DNA of 63,952 nt, counting the filler, from Choristocarpus tenellus KU-1152 (taxonomy: Eukaryota > Protista > Phaeophyceae): assembly GCA_964200185.2 (NCBI GenBank). It is 13 parts of 13 records of this genome, joined end to end, with 100 filler letters (N's around TTAATTAATTAA, not from the genome) between each part and the next. Parts side by side here need not be neighbours in the genome. Positions count along the whole stretch, not along the records: positions 24,275 to 30,293 come from CAXNAD020009152.1; positions 30,394 to 36,677 come from CAXNAD020008479.1; positions 36,778 to 45,730 come from CAXNAD020004167.1; 10 more parts are not named here. One strand, given 5' to 3'. Below the pieces are notes generated by a model, which was given only the letters and a program-made list of their open reading frames with translations, searched no databases and was not told the DNA's origin. A program made the position numbers and the translations under genes. Positions 25,810-37,877 of the stretch are shown piece by piece (position 1 is the stretch's first letter; the number at the start of each line of letters is the position of its first letter).

Positions 25810-28800
25810 TTACTCTACTCGTACTTCAACCAAAAAACGAAACGACGGAGGCCCTAGTTCAATTGGTGGGCGGACTCGAAATTGCATTCGTCCCCCCTTC
25901 TCCCACCACTCTGTGAGCTTAGGGTATGCCTCGACAAGAAGGTGCCATAGATTTAGACGTGTGGATTACCTGGCATTCCAAGGTTCAGGCTTGACGAGGC
26001 TCAAGAAGATAGCCTTCTTCGCCTGGAGCGCTTCCACATGTTCGGGACGCAATGTGTTGCCTGGCTTCCCTCCACGATCGCCGAGTTTAACCTGTGTGGG
26101 CTCGTGGACGTAGCATTCATCCCCAAAAACAAGAGAAGCGGCCCCTTTGCCGGCCTTGATGAGCCTGAACCCATGGTCATATATGACTTGGGTGATGATT
26201 TGGGTCTGCACTCGATACTGTGAAGAAGCAGGTTTCGTTGCTGATCGTAGGAGGTCGGTAATGCACGCCTCCATGAAGGCTTCGGTGATCCCTACATCGG
26301 ATGCATCGCCGGAGTCGGTCGTGTCCTGTGTGACGCGACCCTCATCACTACGAGATGATCTTTGCGTGGTCATCGTTGTACCTCAATGTAGATGGACACG
26401 GATTTACCGTGTACCTGCCCATTTTGGCAGAAGCGAAGACTTCGTCGAAGGAGCCAGGTTCTAAAGCGCTACCATCAGGACCACGAGGCTGTTTGAATGG
26501 TTTCATCCGTCCAGCACCTTCTCTCACCCTCTTCTTTCTAATTAGCATCCTTTTCCCCTTTCCTTTGCCCTTCTCGGAAGGCTTGTCCCTCGGGGTTGGG
26601 GTAGGATAAGCATCGACGCGGTTCTCATTCCGCCTCACACTATGGTGGGGGGTGTTCCCTTCCTCTTGTGACTCGTGGCCGCCGCTGCGCATCGAACGCG
26701 CGTTTGGGGACATACATGTGTCACTCCTCACAGGCGTGGACTCTGAGTCCTTGTCTAGCCACCCCCTCGCATCCTCCTGTACAAGTCCCTCTGGACCTGA
26801 CAAAGCTTCACAATCGTATCGGTCTACATCGTCTTCAGAGTCTTCTCTCACCCTCTTCTTTCTAATTAGCATCCTTTTCCCCTTTCCTTTGCCCTTCTCG
26901 GAAGGCTTGTCCCTCGAGGTTGGGGTAGGATCAGCATCGACGCGGTTCTCATTCCACCTCACACTATGGTGAGGGGTGTTCCCTCCCTCTTGTGACTTGT
27001 GGCTGCCGCTGTGGATTGAACGTGTGTTCGGGGACATACATTTGTCACTCCTCACAGGCGTGGACTCTGAGTCCTTGTCTAGCCGCCCCCTCGCATCCTC
27101 CTGTACAAGTCCCTTTGTACCTGACAAGTCCTTACGAACGGGTCGACCCCCATTGCCTTCGGAGTCATGTTCCTATGGAGTGATTTTATGCCTCCCCCCT
27201 CGTAGAGTCCTGCTTCCCATACCTACTGCGGGGCTAGATGATGGGCTCTCTATTTCCTCTACATCATCTGGAAGGTGGGGTCTTCCACAAGGTATAGACG
27301 TGGACACACCACCAGCCAACGTTGTCTTCACCAATGTAAAATTGGTGAAAGTGGATGGTTCGTCTACGAGGACTTTGATACGTTCCGGATCCAGGTTGTC
27401 TCCGAGGGCGGTGCATGTGATTATCATGCCTCCTGGTCGGGTCTGAAGAAGGGCGACTTCTTCTCTCTCGTGAGCGGCGCTCGTTTCGGACTTGAACTTC
27501 TCGAGGTCGTGCTCAGATGTGTCGTTCTTGTCTGGGATGATCACGATGGTTGTGACTCTAGTTATCTCTGTGGTGGTGGAGGAGTAGGCAAAGGACGTGA
27601 TGGGGGTATATGCATAAACATCCATATGTTACTTCAATCGAGTAAGTCAGAATTGACTTACCCATTCCTCTGGAAATATCTCCCTCCCGACAACATACGT
27701 CAACGCAAGCGCGTCAGTAGGTGGTCTTTTGGCTGCTTGCTCTGAGAAGACATGCGCTGCCACTTCCACAATGTCGCGCCAGCAATGGCCTTGGGGGGTC
27801 TCCCCTCTGAGGATGGATAGTCCGACTCCAGCAAGGACATCGGTGCAAATTCTTGCGAAATACTGCTCCTTGACCTCGTCCGTGACCTACATGTACATCA
27901 GATGTGCGATTGTGTGTGGTTAGGATACCGACAAAGAACGAGCTCTGAGGGTATGGAGGAATTAGGGTTCGCAGTGTATCTACCAGGGAAGAATACTAGG
28001 GGATATGTGTAGTGCATCGGAACCTTATGGGCTTGGGGATCTTTGGAAACTGATCGCTTTAACGTTCGACAGAACACATCAAATCCTTCATTACTGTCTG
28101 CCCTATGTCAGGTGTACCGACGACGTCAAGTGGGGACAATATATAGTTGGGAATGTTTATCCTACCTTCAACCTGTAGGTGTGTGTGAACCCCCTGCTGT
28201 TCTTAACGGATTCCATGGCGGCGTCCGGATTAGCGTACCACAGCACAGTGAACATGTGAACCGCTCTGAAGTCGAATTTGTCCTGGTCAGGTGGGTGGGT
28301 TGGGTGTGTGGAGGATAAGGTAATATGATCAGGACAGAAGCACGTGGGAATGGGAGTGGGTTTGTTGGTTAATGGTGTATGTCATAAGGTCGATAGCATT
28401 GCATATGTACGAAACGTCAATTCAAGCTTAGAATTGGAAGGCAGGGGCTACTACGGTGTTGTTGGACCATTGGTGATGGGGTATTAGATGTACTAATGTG
28501 GATACGGGTGCATCGCGCTTACACTCAACCCGTCGCGCTTCTTGTGCTCTCTCCACACACCGAGAAGGATCTCCTCCAGTTCTTCTGTCTCTGGTGGAGC
28601 ATAGTGAGGGGAAGAGAGGGATGGGGTATGTTAGACCACCGACACATAATTACTGTGGACATATACGAGAAAAGGTATGCGATGCTTCACAATTGTTTCA
28701 TGAATCGTTTCCACTGGAAGGAGCCGTGAGAACCTCACCTTCTCTCGCGCATATGTAGACAATGGTTGGCGGTCGCGTTGAAGAATCGGCCGGAGGTCTG

Positions 28801-29765
28801 GTTGGTGAGTCTATTCACCCCAGCTTCCATACGTGTGTCCTCCTAAGCTTATTTGAGGAATGACTTTATCTTGGCAGCTACCCTCTTCTTAATAGCCGTC
28901 TGTAACGTGGCATTGGCACTCCGGAAGTCTATGTCTCCTAGGCAGTATTGGTTGCACCTGGTGACCGATGTCGCCATACATGTGTGATGATCAGAGTCCT
29001 CCTCCGTTTCCTGGACGTAGGGATGGGACCTGTAGCAACCGAAGTCGCGCCTATACTCCAGGATAGCGGCGACCCAAGACACCTTCCAGTGGAATATATC
29101 GAGAATGTTGGGCACATGCGACCTACTGGCCGCCATACTCTCTCCTATCGAAATTGATTCAGCCTTTTCGCGGTTGCAGTGTGGATAGATCTTCCAAATG
29201 AAGCTCCTGTGATCGCCTATCTGGAGGGGTTCGCTCCGACTTCCGAGGCCTATCGCGTTGTGACATGGGCCGGGAGGTTGATGCCACCAGGGACATTATC
29301 CTCGTGCGCGACGCATTGGATTGTCCTCAACACCATTATGCGGTGTTGTCCATTCAGGCAAAATAAGAGATTGTCGTCTATATCCCTTTGTCACCATTCT
29401 CATCTGCATCCAGGTTGCCATTGGCGATCTAGGTTGCAAGCAGTTCACCATCGGGCACACTAGAGGGCACGTTTGCCCTGCGCATGTCGGCTTCGATGTC
29501 GCTTATTGTCTTCCATCTGGAGCACAGGGGAAAAGGTTGCCCATTCAGGATCCCCGCGCAAGCCTATCGGCGGCGAAAGCAGGGTCCGGCCCCAGTTTAG
29601 AAAACATAGACTCCACTCTACCGTTGTTGAGAAGGTTTGCGTTGTACCTCAGCGTCAAGTAGGCAGGCGTGGCGAGGTCCATCGTGCACGTCGCGCTGAG
29701 GCTGGAAGTTATCAGGTCCGTGGTCTTTTGGTGTTCAGTCCCCGGGCCTCTGGTCGGCTGTCTGT
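25810..29765 (-). pseudogene. Multi-exon, decayed gene with ParB/Srx-like (NGQHR) domain; repeat family D copy 1
   Basis: Coding-like segments (YNANLLNNGRVESMFSK, CLNGQHR, SHVPNILDIFHW, DKFDFRAVHMFTVLWYANP, VTDEVKEQYFARIC) are separated by short GT-AG introns and carry stops and frameshifts. 28225-29700 aligns by eye with 61178-62650. Confidence 0.65.
26518..27127 (-). repeat. In-frame tandem duplication, period 324 bp (108 aa), in a charged NLS-bearing region
   Basis: ctctcaccctcttctttctaattagc occurs at 26521 and 26845. The peptide GLVQEDARG...KGKGKGKRMLIRKKRVRE appears twice. Confidence 0.92.
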
Positions 29766-32081
29766 GAAGATAGAGGGGAAAATGTTGGGACAACGGTATC
29801 AGCAAAGAAAAACGATATTGACGTATGGGATGGTTAGCCGAGTTCATCAAGGAAGTCTTTATATGAACAGTGGTGGACTATGTGATTAATGATGACGGGA
29901 TCTGCACGGAGTGCGGGGTTCGTATCCATGCGTGGGCTATGCTAACGAGATATAAAAAGGGTGTAGCGATTCCGTGGAAATGAGGATGGTGTAACGCTTT
30001 CCTGTGAGGTTGCTATTTACTAAGAAATATGAAACTGTAAACGCGGTCGACATGGGATGAATATGAATATGAGTACGTAGCAATATCGTACGCAGCTTGG
30101 TAGGAATTTACGCGCCGACCAAGGTGACATATAGCGAGGGCAATCATGCACATGTTTGCGCTTGACATAGGGCAGCAATAATGAGTGCATTTCATGTGTT
30201 CTGCCGAACGGTATACACCATCAATATCCAAAGCGCAGCAAGACTGTTAGACGGCGTGTGCATCGAGACCAAAAGTATCTGGGGGGGGGGAGGNNNNNNN
30301 NNNNNNNNNNNNNNNNNNNNNNNNNNNNNNNNNNNNNTTAATTAATTAANNNNNNNNNNNNNNNNNNNNNNNNNNNNNNNNNNNNNNNNNNNNTTTCACA
30401 AAACAACCATCCTCATAGTCCCGCGCCATCCTCAATTTTGAGGATCCCCTGTTTTTTGCTTTGAGACACCTGAAGCAGGCAGATGTCAGACAGTTTTTTT
30501 ACGTTCGAGTGTGTTGTAATATTATGAGGAAAAAAGTCATAATAAACATGTGCGCCACATATAATTTTGAAAATAAACCCGAATTCCTATTTGTTATTTA
30601 CAAGTCTTTTCTTGAAAATACCTGTCCACTTCAAGGCGTCTCAGGCCCCAAATAGTAAACAATTATGTGGTAAGGCAAATCAATGATCAAGACGTTCCAC
30701 TTGGAATAGGACAAGGTTGCCTTAAAAGGAACCACAGAATGTAATATAAATTATTGTTAAACGTAGTACTGTTGGGACACGGTCCTCCACTATTAGTATT
30801 GTACCTGTCCATTGTGGAGCTGCTGGAGTAACATAATCATCACCTGGTGGAGTCCCTCTACAATTAGAGCCTTCACCTCGAGCTCAACAATTTCTCTTCT
30901 ATTCGATCGTACAGTGTAATATCCACTATCGATTCGTCCAAAATTATCTGACTCATTCACTAGACATGTCCAAAAAAAAATGCTGTCACCCTCGATATCA
31001 AGACGTAACACATGTTTCTCGCTGCCATTCCTCAATTCTAATGGAATCTCAGTCAAACTCGAAGACACATCTGGAAAACACAACCCCAAACTTTTGGATT
31101 AGGAATGCTTGTACCAAAAATATGGAAAGGGGTGATTTCATTATGTCTAGCGGTGCAAATTCTTATAAACTTTGCGGGTTCACTACAATTTTCATCGGAT
31201 GTTTTATACCTTCTCATAGTTTGTGATGGGGTATCGGGCGGTTAGAGTACATGCTAAGATTACCTCGCCTAATAGGTTTGATAATACCATGTACCTGAAT
31301 ACAGCCTGACCTCATCGCACCATGGTTGCCAATATCTGTAATGACTGTTACTCGAAGCTGTAAGTTCCAATGACTGTAGGAGGTACACTTGACCAAATTA
31401 ATAGAACTGGATATCATCCTATGTCTAGGAATGAGCTGCCAAAGAATTCCCATAGGAAGGGGGTTCAAAGGCTAGAGCTGCAGCATATCCAAAGGTGTTT
31501 CTACTCTAAATACCTGAGCACATTCCGTGATTATATATTAAACATTAATATATGTGTAATGCATGTTTGAATCCCAAAAACGCATCATTGCATACTCTGC
31601 AAAAAGAGATACACCTTTCTCTTTGTAAGAGATTCGCTGTGGGAACACAATTTTGACGAAATACTTCCTTGCTTACTGCCACTGCATTAAGATTTAGCGC
31701 AAAAATTACTTGAAACGATTCTACTGTCATTTGTGTATCATGTTACAAACGAAGAATACCACGAATAAAAATAATTCAGTTCAGGATGTTGAGGCCAAGG
31801 CCTGTCCAACTTTATAGGAATGAAAGCAATCCACACATTACAGAGCATGAGAATATCTTCAACCAGGGGGGGGCATGTTGCTTTACTGTACCACATTACA
31901 CTAACATTTACAAGGTAACACCATCCGAGCACATTGGGAGACACTGATATACATTCACAAGTGGTTTCAGCTTAACTACTGTACATCGACCTTACATATG
32001 CAGTTGAACACAATATGGAGAACAGCAATCTACTGTATGTAGCATCCTCCATGAACACTCCAAAAACCCAAGTCTACACAC

Positions 32082-34987
32082 TCAGCAGATAGACCCTGAA
32101 AAGTCCGTATAAGTTTTAATCTTTTTAAAGCACGAATCATCCTCCTCAATGGTGATCATCTCATCAAGATTCTTCTTGTAAACTGTGGCCGTTGAATCAA
32201 TGAAGGATGCTGTAGCATCCTCATTGGCAACCCCACTGAAATCGTTCTTTTTGAAGCGGGTGCCATCTGCTTCCTTGAGGTAGATCACATAAGGATGATT
32301 TCCAGTCAATGTATTCTTGCTGAAGGAGGTAAACATCAAAACAAAAAGGGTATTGCAGTAATGGTAATATTGTCATCATTCAAAGTATAGGCAGATACTT
32401 TTAGCAGGAAATTATCGCACCATCTACACTACAAGCAACAATGTCTCCAGTACCAAGCAGGGCTTCAACAGTTTGCACGTTTTGATAATTGCTTACTGCA
32501 AACGACTAGTTCAGCCTAGTTCACCTCGCACATTTTTCTTACTATTTTTCTCTGGTTCACACATATTTACTCACATGAACTTGTTCTCAACAGGCCTTCC
32601 AGTTGTGTTTGGAACATCAGGAAGATCACTTCCCTTGTAGGTGTACATTGTGTACTGCCAAATGTCATGGAAGGTGTTTTTCTTGATCTGTGAAGACATT
32701 GAGAACAAGTGGGAGTAACACTAATGTTGGGTAAAAAGTTTTCAACCGGAGCTCGGATAAAGTACATGATACACAATGGTACTTGTGGGTTGATAAAATA
32801 CTTCAATGCACCTCTTGAAACCCACCAACAGTCACCTACGTAATCGTAACATACAATGAAGAGACATTTGAGTGCACACTCCAAGTTTACAGAGGTAAAT
32901 CTATATTCCCTCCATACTGTCATAAAATTCTCACCAAATTGGTTCCCCCTCCAACACTGATGCGAACCCCATACTTGTTGTTGCTAAAGGTGTTGTGGTG
33001 CACATTGAGGTCAAACGACTCCATGATAGCGAGACCAGCATCCCCATTGCTGTAAACGTTGTTGTAGGCAACCTCTGCTCCGTCGCTAGATCGATGAAGG
33101 AAAATTCCAGCATTTTGACCATTCCACACTTCATTATTCAGGATTTTGACATTGTTGCACCTCTTCGACGCAATGATACCATGGTCGCCATTGTTCCAGA
33201 CTTTATTGTTCTCAATGAGAAGATTGTCACTGTCGTCGTGAGGGTCGAAACCATACTTCCAGTTGTCGTGCATTTCATTGTTGATCCACACACCACCCTA
33301 TAGACACAAAAAGGAAGGGGAAATAATATCCATGAAGGACACAACTTAGTGATGTCACGCTGAAGACGAAAAAATAATGAGGACACATGTCCTTATGAAG
33401 AATATGGGAAGGACTTTGGAAAGCCGGTGTGCACACCTTCAGATCGAGGTTGAACGACTGGATTGTTCTATAATAAAAGTTTGGACTTCTTGAATCAATC
33501 GGATCTTACCTCATGTCCGTAAGTGTAGAGACCGAACCCTGTGGAGAAGCCCACACGAGATTCCAAGCAAAGGATGGCATTGTAGGAGAAGTTGCAAGAA
33601 AACAATTAGGATAAAAAATGATAAGTCGATGATCAAAGCGAGGTATGGGTTATCGCTTTTGCTTGCACAGGATAAAAGTCACGCAACCTGTTGTATCACA
33701 TCAGAACTAATCGATTGTAAGCGATGCATGAGATATTATTACTCACACAGATGGTGGATGTCGGAGTCTTTGAGGTCGCCTCTAACTTGCACTTGATCAA
33801 AGATTTCCAGGTTGCTCTTGTCTTTGCAGAAGCCCCTGACCTATGTTTTACAGATCGTTCGACATTTTTGATTACACAAATAAACGCTCAGAGCAGACAT
33901 ACCAACCAGCTTGAATAGTAACTTCATACCATATACATGAATAGAAGTCTCACCTTCCATGTCAAACCGTAGGACTCGCTATTCTGGTAGCCAAGGTACC
34001 CAATTTCGGATTCAATTATGTCCATTCGACACTCCCCCATGGTCTCCTTTGCCCTTCCATCACATTCCTGGCTTGAGTCTACAACTATTTCTGAAACACA
34101 ACTGATATAAGCACGCCCAGTTTCCTTCTCGGGGTCGTTATCAGGTTGTTTATTGTTGTAGTCCCAGCCATAAATCTGGAATGGAAAATTGAACATCGAA
34201 TGGTGGAGAAGCAAAAAGATGATCAATCGTTGTATGCGACGTTTCGTTCCAAACAGGGGCAGACGGGATAAGCAGGGATGCTCGCAAGTCTTCGCAATAC
34301 GCTGATACAGAGTAAATAGTTGTAGAGTTATCACGATCAGGGCTTTTCGACCTTACAGGAAAGAAGATGCAAGCTATTCCAAATAATTACATTTCGGTCA
34401 TTCATATCTTTCGCTGTAATGCTAGGAGTGAAGGAGTTATTTAATGCATCGAGCAGGTGACTGAGCCATTGATGGTACATACTCATGGTGAATAATGTCC
34501 GCCATATAGGCCTGCAGGTAGCACCAGTTAAAGCAGGTAGCACCAGCGAAACCGATTTACTTGAGTTGGCGAGGCTGTTATGGAGATGGACTGTCCTCAC
34601 CTTAGATCGGTAAATATCAAGGTTGCCTCCGTGTGCTCGGAGGTTCAAAGCAGGCGTCTCGCTGTCGCTTCTGATATAGAGTTCCTCGTTGTGGATTACC
34701 AAAGTTGACCCATCCTCCACATAAAGTTCCGTCGAAAGCAACCACTTCCCTGTTGGTGTTCCATCCTCCACGATCTCCATGTTGTCATCAAGAACATACA
34801 AGGGGATGTCCTTAACATCAGCGTTGTAAATGTCCGTCAATGTGGCACACTGCCCAGGGACCGAGCTCTCCACGTAAAAGCGGTCAGTGGTTGACGCATA
34901 TCGCAACATATCTGCAGTACCACTGCATTCTCCTTGGACACCAGAGACAGCAAAGGCCAATGCTGCCCCAATCGTAAAGGAGTGCAT
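32082..34987 (-). CDS. Mannuronan C5-epimerase (alginate epimerase), complete, 481 aa; exons 34987-34601, 34175-33954, 33840-33747, 33538-33510, 33297-32935, 32687-32575, 32319-32082
   Basis: All six introns are GT-AG and in phase, total 1446 nt. Signal peptide MHSFTIGAALAFAVSGVQG, LNLRAHGG, GECRMDI...ESYGLTWKVRGFC, catalytic YGFDPHDDSD, HGIIASKRC and beta-helix repeats. Confidence 0.95.
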
Positions 34988-36901
34988 TCTTGAACAATGC
35001 TCTAGTTCCTCCCTGCAAGGATCGCGTTATTGGAAATGGGTATCACTTCTCGTATCTACCCGCACATCTCAACCTTGACTTCTACGAGCAATACATATAT
35101 GACTACATCTGCATGGAGGACAAGTGTAAGTGTGGCGGAAAACTGATGGTCATCACGTCTTTGCATCACACCTCAGCAACACTATAAAATAATTGTATTA
35201 TGCCGATACCACACCCCCTCCAATCGTTATCTCTGATTCTTGTCAATTGCACCATGGGATCAGAGTCGAGCATGTGACAGATATGTCTCCTTACTCTCAC
35301 CTGACTAGTTGCTTTGGGTCCTCAACCTAATTGTGTGTGGTGTGGGTGGTAATGGTAAGATGGGGTGATGTGAACGGAAAATATTATGGGGGATATTTGA
35401 CCCCCGAAAACCCATATATAGTAGTAGTTTAATCTTGGATGGGAGAGAACAAAATTACATTAATGTTTTCCGAGAAAATGAACATACCGATATATGCTTC
35501 TTATATATTAATAGAGGACCACTTCCTACAATCTAACATATTTCAGAAGTATAGTTGTGATGCAAAACGAACCATCAAATTTTGAATTGTGACAACCCTT
35601 GACTTTTTGGGGTACCATATTGTTAACGTACAGATGCTTGGGGGTATGGTTTTCAGAATTTGACTTTGAACGAGCTATTTTTCTAGGTGAGACTTCAAAT
35701 CCTAATATTTATCATAAACGGCTAAAGTATCATATTATCCTTTCCATTAATATTTTTTTCTCACTTTCTCTCAAACCTTCTCCTCAGAATAAAAATAAAT
35801 ACGGTTGTGATGTGATATCTCTTACATTTACAGTGTGGTAAAGTTTAGACATTTTCACTCACACATCTAGAAAATGTTAGAGCGCAAAAACAAAATAAAG
35901 TCAAACCTTCATCACAACCCATTAAACTGGGAGTTGTAAATGTGAAAGACACCTCTTCACACTCCATTCACTATTTGAATACTATTTTATTATTATGCCC
36001 TCTTACATTTTATATACTATCCTACAACTAACTATCCTACAACATTTTTTATTATCATGCCTTCTGACATTTTGCAGATGTGTCAGGGGGGAAAGCAATG
36101 AAAACTATACCAATAATATTTTTATTATTATGCCCTCTGACATTTTTTAATTGTCAGTTTTGAAAGAGTTTCCATTTATGAGAGAAGTATCTTTTGAGTT
36201 GACAATATATTATTAAACTTTTCCACCCTCTTTAGAAAGTATTATATTATTATGCCCTCTGACATCTCGCAGATGTGTCAGGGGGGAAAATAATCCTTTT
36301 CGAATTTGTAATAAAAACAACTTTTGGACATTTATCTGTGCAATATAGACTGATAGTCTATATTGTTTATACGCATTTAGTGAACACTAAATAAGAGGAA
36401 TGTCGGCTGAGTGGAACAAGTGGCATCGATTTCTGTTAGTGTGTGAAGTAATGAGTTCGAATCTCAGATGTTCGGTTTCTTATTACTTGATACAAGTGGA
36501 CTGTTGGAGGAGTTCTGACATGGTACTAGCTACACAGGATAAGTGACATAGTACAATGTAACGGCAGGACATCTTGATGTGTCAGCTGATATATGTAAGA
36601 TACAATAAGATAATAAGAGAGAGCACCCCCTACCACTGAGGGCTGTGCTCACTCCGCTAATAAACATATATCCATACNNNNNNNNNNNNNNNNNNNNNNN
36701 NNNNNNNNNNNNNNNNNNNNNTTAATTAATTAANNNNNNNNNNNNNNNNNNNNNNNNNNNNNNNNNNNNNNNNNNNNAAGTTTTTAAAAAAAGGGAGGAA
36801 GATTCCCTTAATTTTTATTACACTGAGGGTTAACAGATTCCGTTCCCACCCCCCCCCCCCCCCCCACTGCTAACCTTTTGGTTCCCACATTTCCACTTCA
36901 G

Positions 36902-37877
36902 GAGGCCAGACGGAGAGCAAAAGAAAAGGCTGTGGCTAAGGCTGAAGTTGAGGCTGCTTTGTCCGTGGTGGCTATGGCAGGGATGGGTGGCGATGAGGGT
37001 GAGGGTGTGGCGGGCAAGGACTCTGTGGCTAGCCCAGAGCAGCCCAAGGCAGCAGCGGCTGCGGCTGCAGAACCTGTGGATCCTGTAAAGAGAACGAAGG
37101 CGTTGGTGAAGAAGATAAAGAAGTTGGAGTCGGTCAAGGCAAAGCAAGAGGCTGGGGATGCTATCAATGAGGTCTGAGAGGGGCTCTACTATGATTGATT
37201 GTGACACTTGTGGTTTTGTGACAAGTGAATTAAGTCTGTCGCTTGTTGGTGTAGTGGTGGTACATACAGGGAGGTAGATTGGTCCTCTGTGTCAATGGTA
37301 GTGTGATAGTAGTAGGATTTTTTGTTGTGGATGAGGGATGATGTCTTGGGGTTTTTTTTTAATTTAGATTTTTGCGCTTTTGAGGTAGAGTAAACCGCTT
37401 GCTCCATTATTGCTCTCTTGTATGGTCATGCACCGGCTCTTTTATGCATCTCCCGTCTGTGTCAGAAGGTCGTACATCGCCGTACAGGTTGATTCTTTTT
37501 CACCACTATTGTTATTTTATTATTTACTTGTCTGGAAGTCGTTTTGGGAGTGAGAGCGTTGGGTGCACGTGTCCCTCTAGTTCTTGATACAATACCTTTT
37601 GGTGCACAACATAATTGGACATGAATATAAAAACAGGTGTCACTTTGCTGATGAAAGTCTTCTTGTTCCAAACATTGAATCCCTCTCCAATAACAACTCT
37701 CTGAACTTGATCTTCCCTTTCTCCTCCCCCCCTCTCCCCTCCCCCCCCTTTCCCCTCCCCTGCATCAACCATCTCCTTGCCCACTTCTTTGCCATGTTGT
37801 TTGCTCTATAGGACCAGAAAGTACTCCTTGAATCAGAAGCATCACTTCGGGAAGAACTGGCTGCCCTGAGCATCTAA
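36902..37877 (+). CDS. Last two exons (36902-37171, 37812-37877) of an eIF2A- or PYM1-like protein
   Basis: Phase-0 join gives DPVKRTKALVKKIKKLESVKAKQEAGDAINE|DQKVLLESEASLREELAALSI*, the C-terminal helical motif shared by eIF2A and PYM. Upstream exons are lost at the linker. Confidence 0.65.

Noticed and set aside
27810-27850. DVLAGVG as a SAM-binding motif making family D a ParB-methyltransferase fusion
   Set aside because: No DPPY/NPPY or PC catalytic motif was found in the reconstructed exons, and the resemblance is too short.
30793-31500. Minus-strand ORF fragments downstream of the epimerase
   Set aside because: No recognisable domain or consistent splice model.
36400-36470. Functional tRNA gene
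   Set aside because: A/B-box-like motifs are present but no convincing cloverleaf or acceptor stem.
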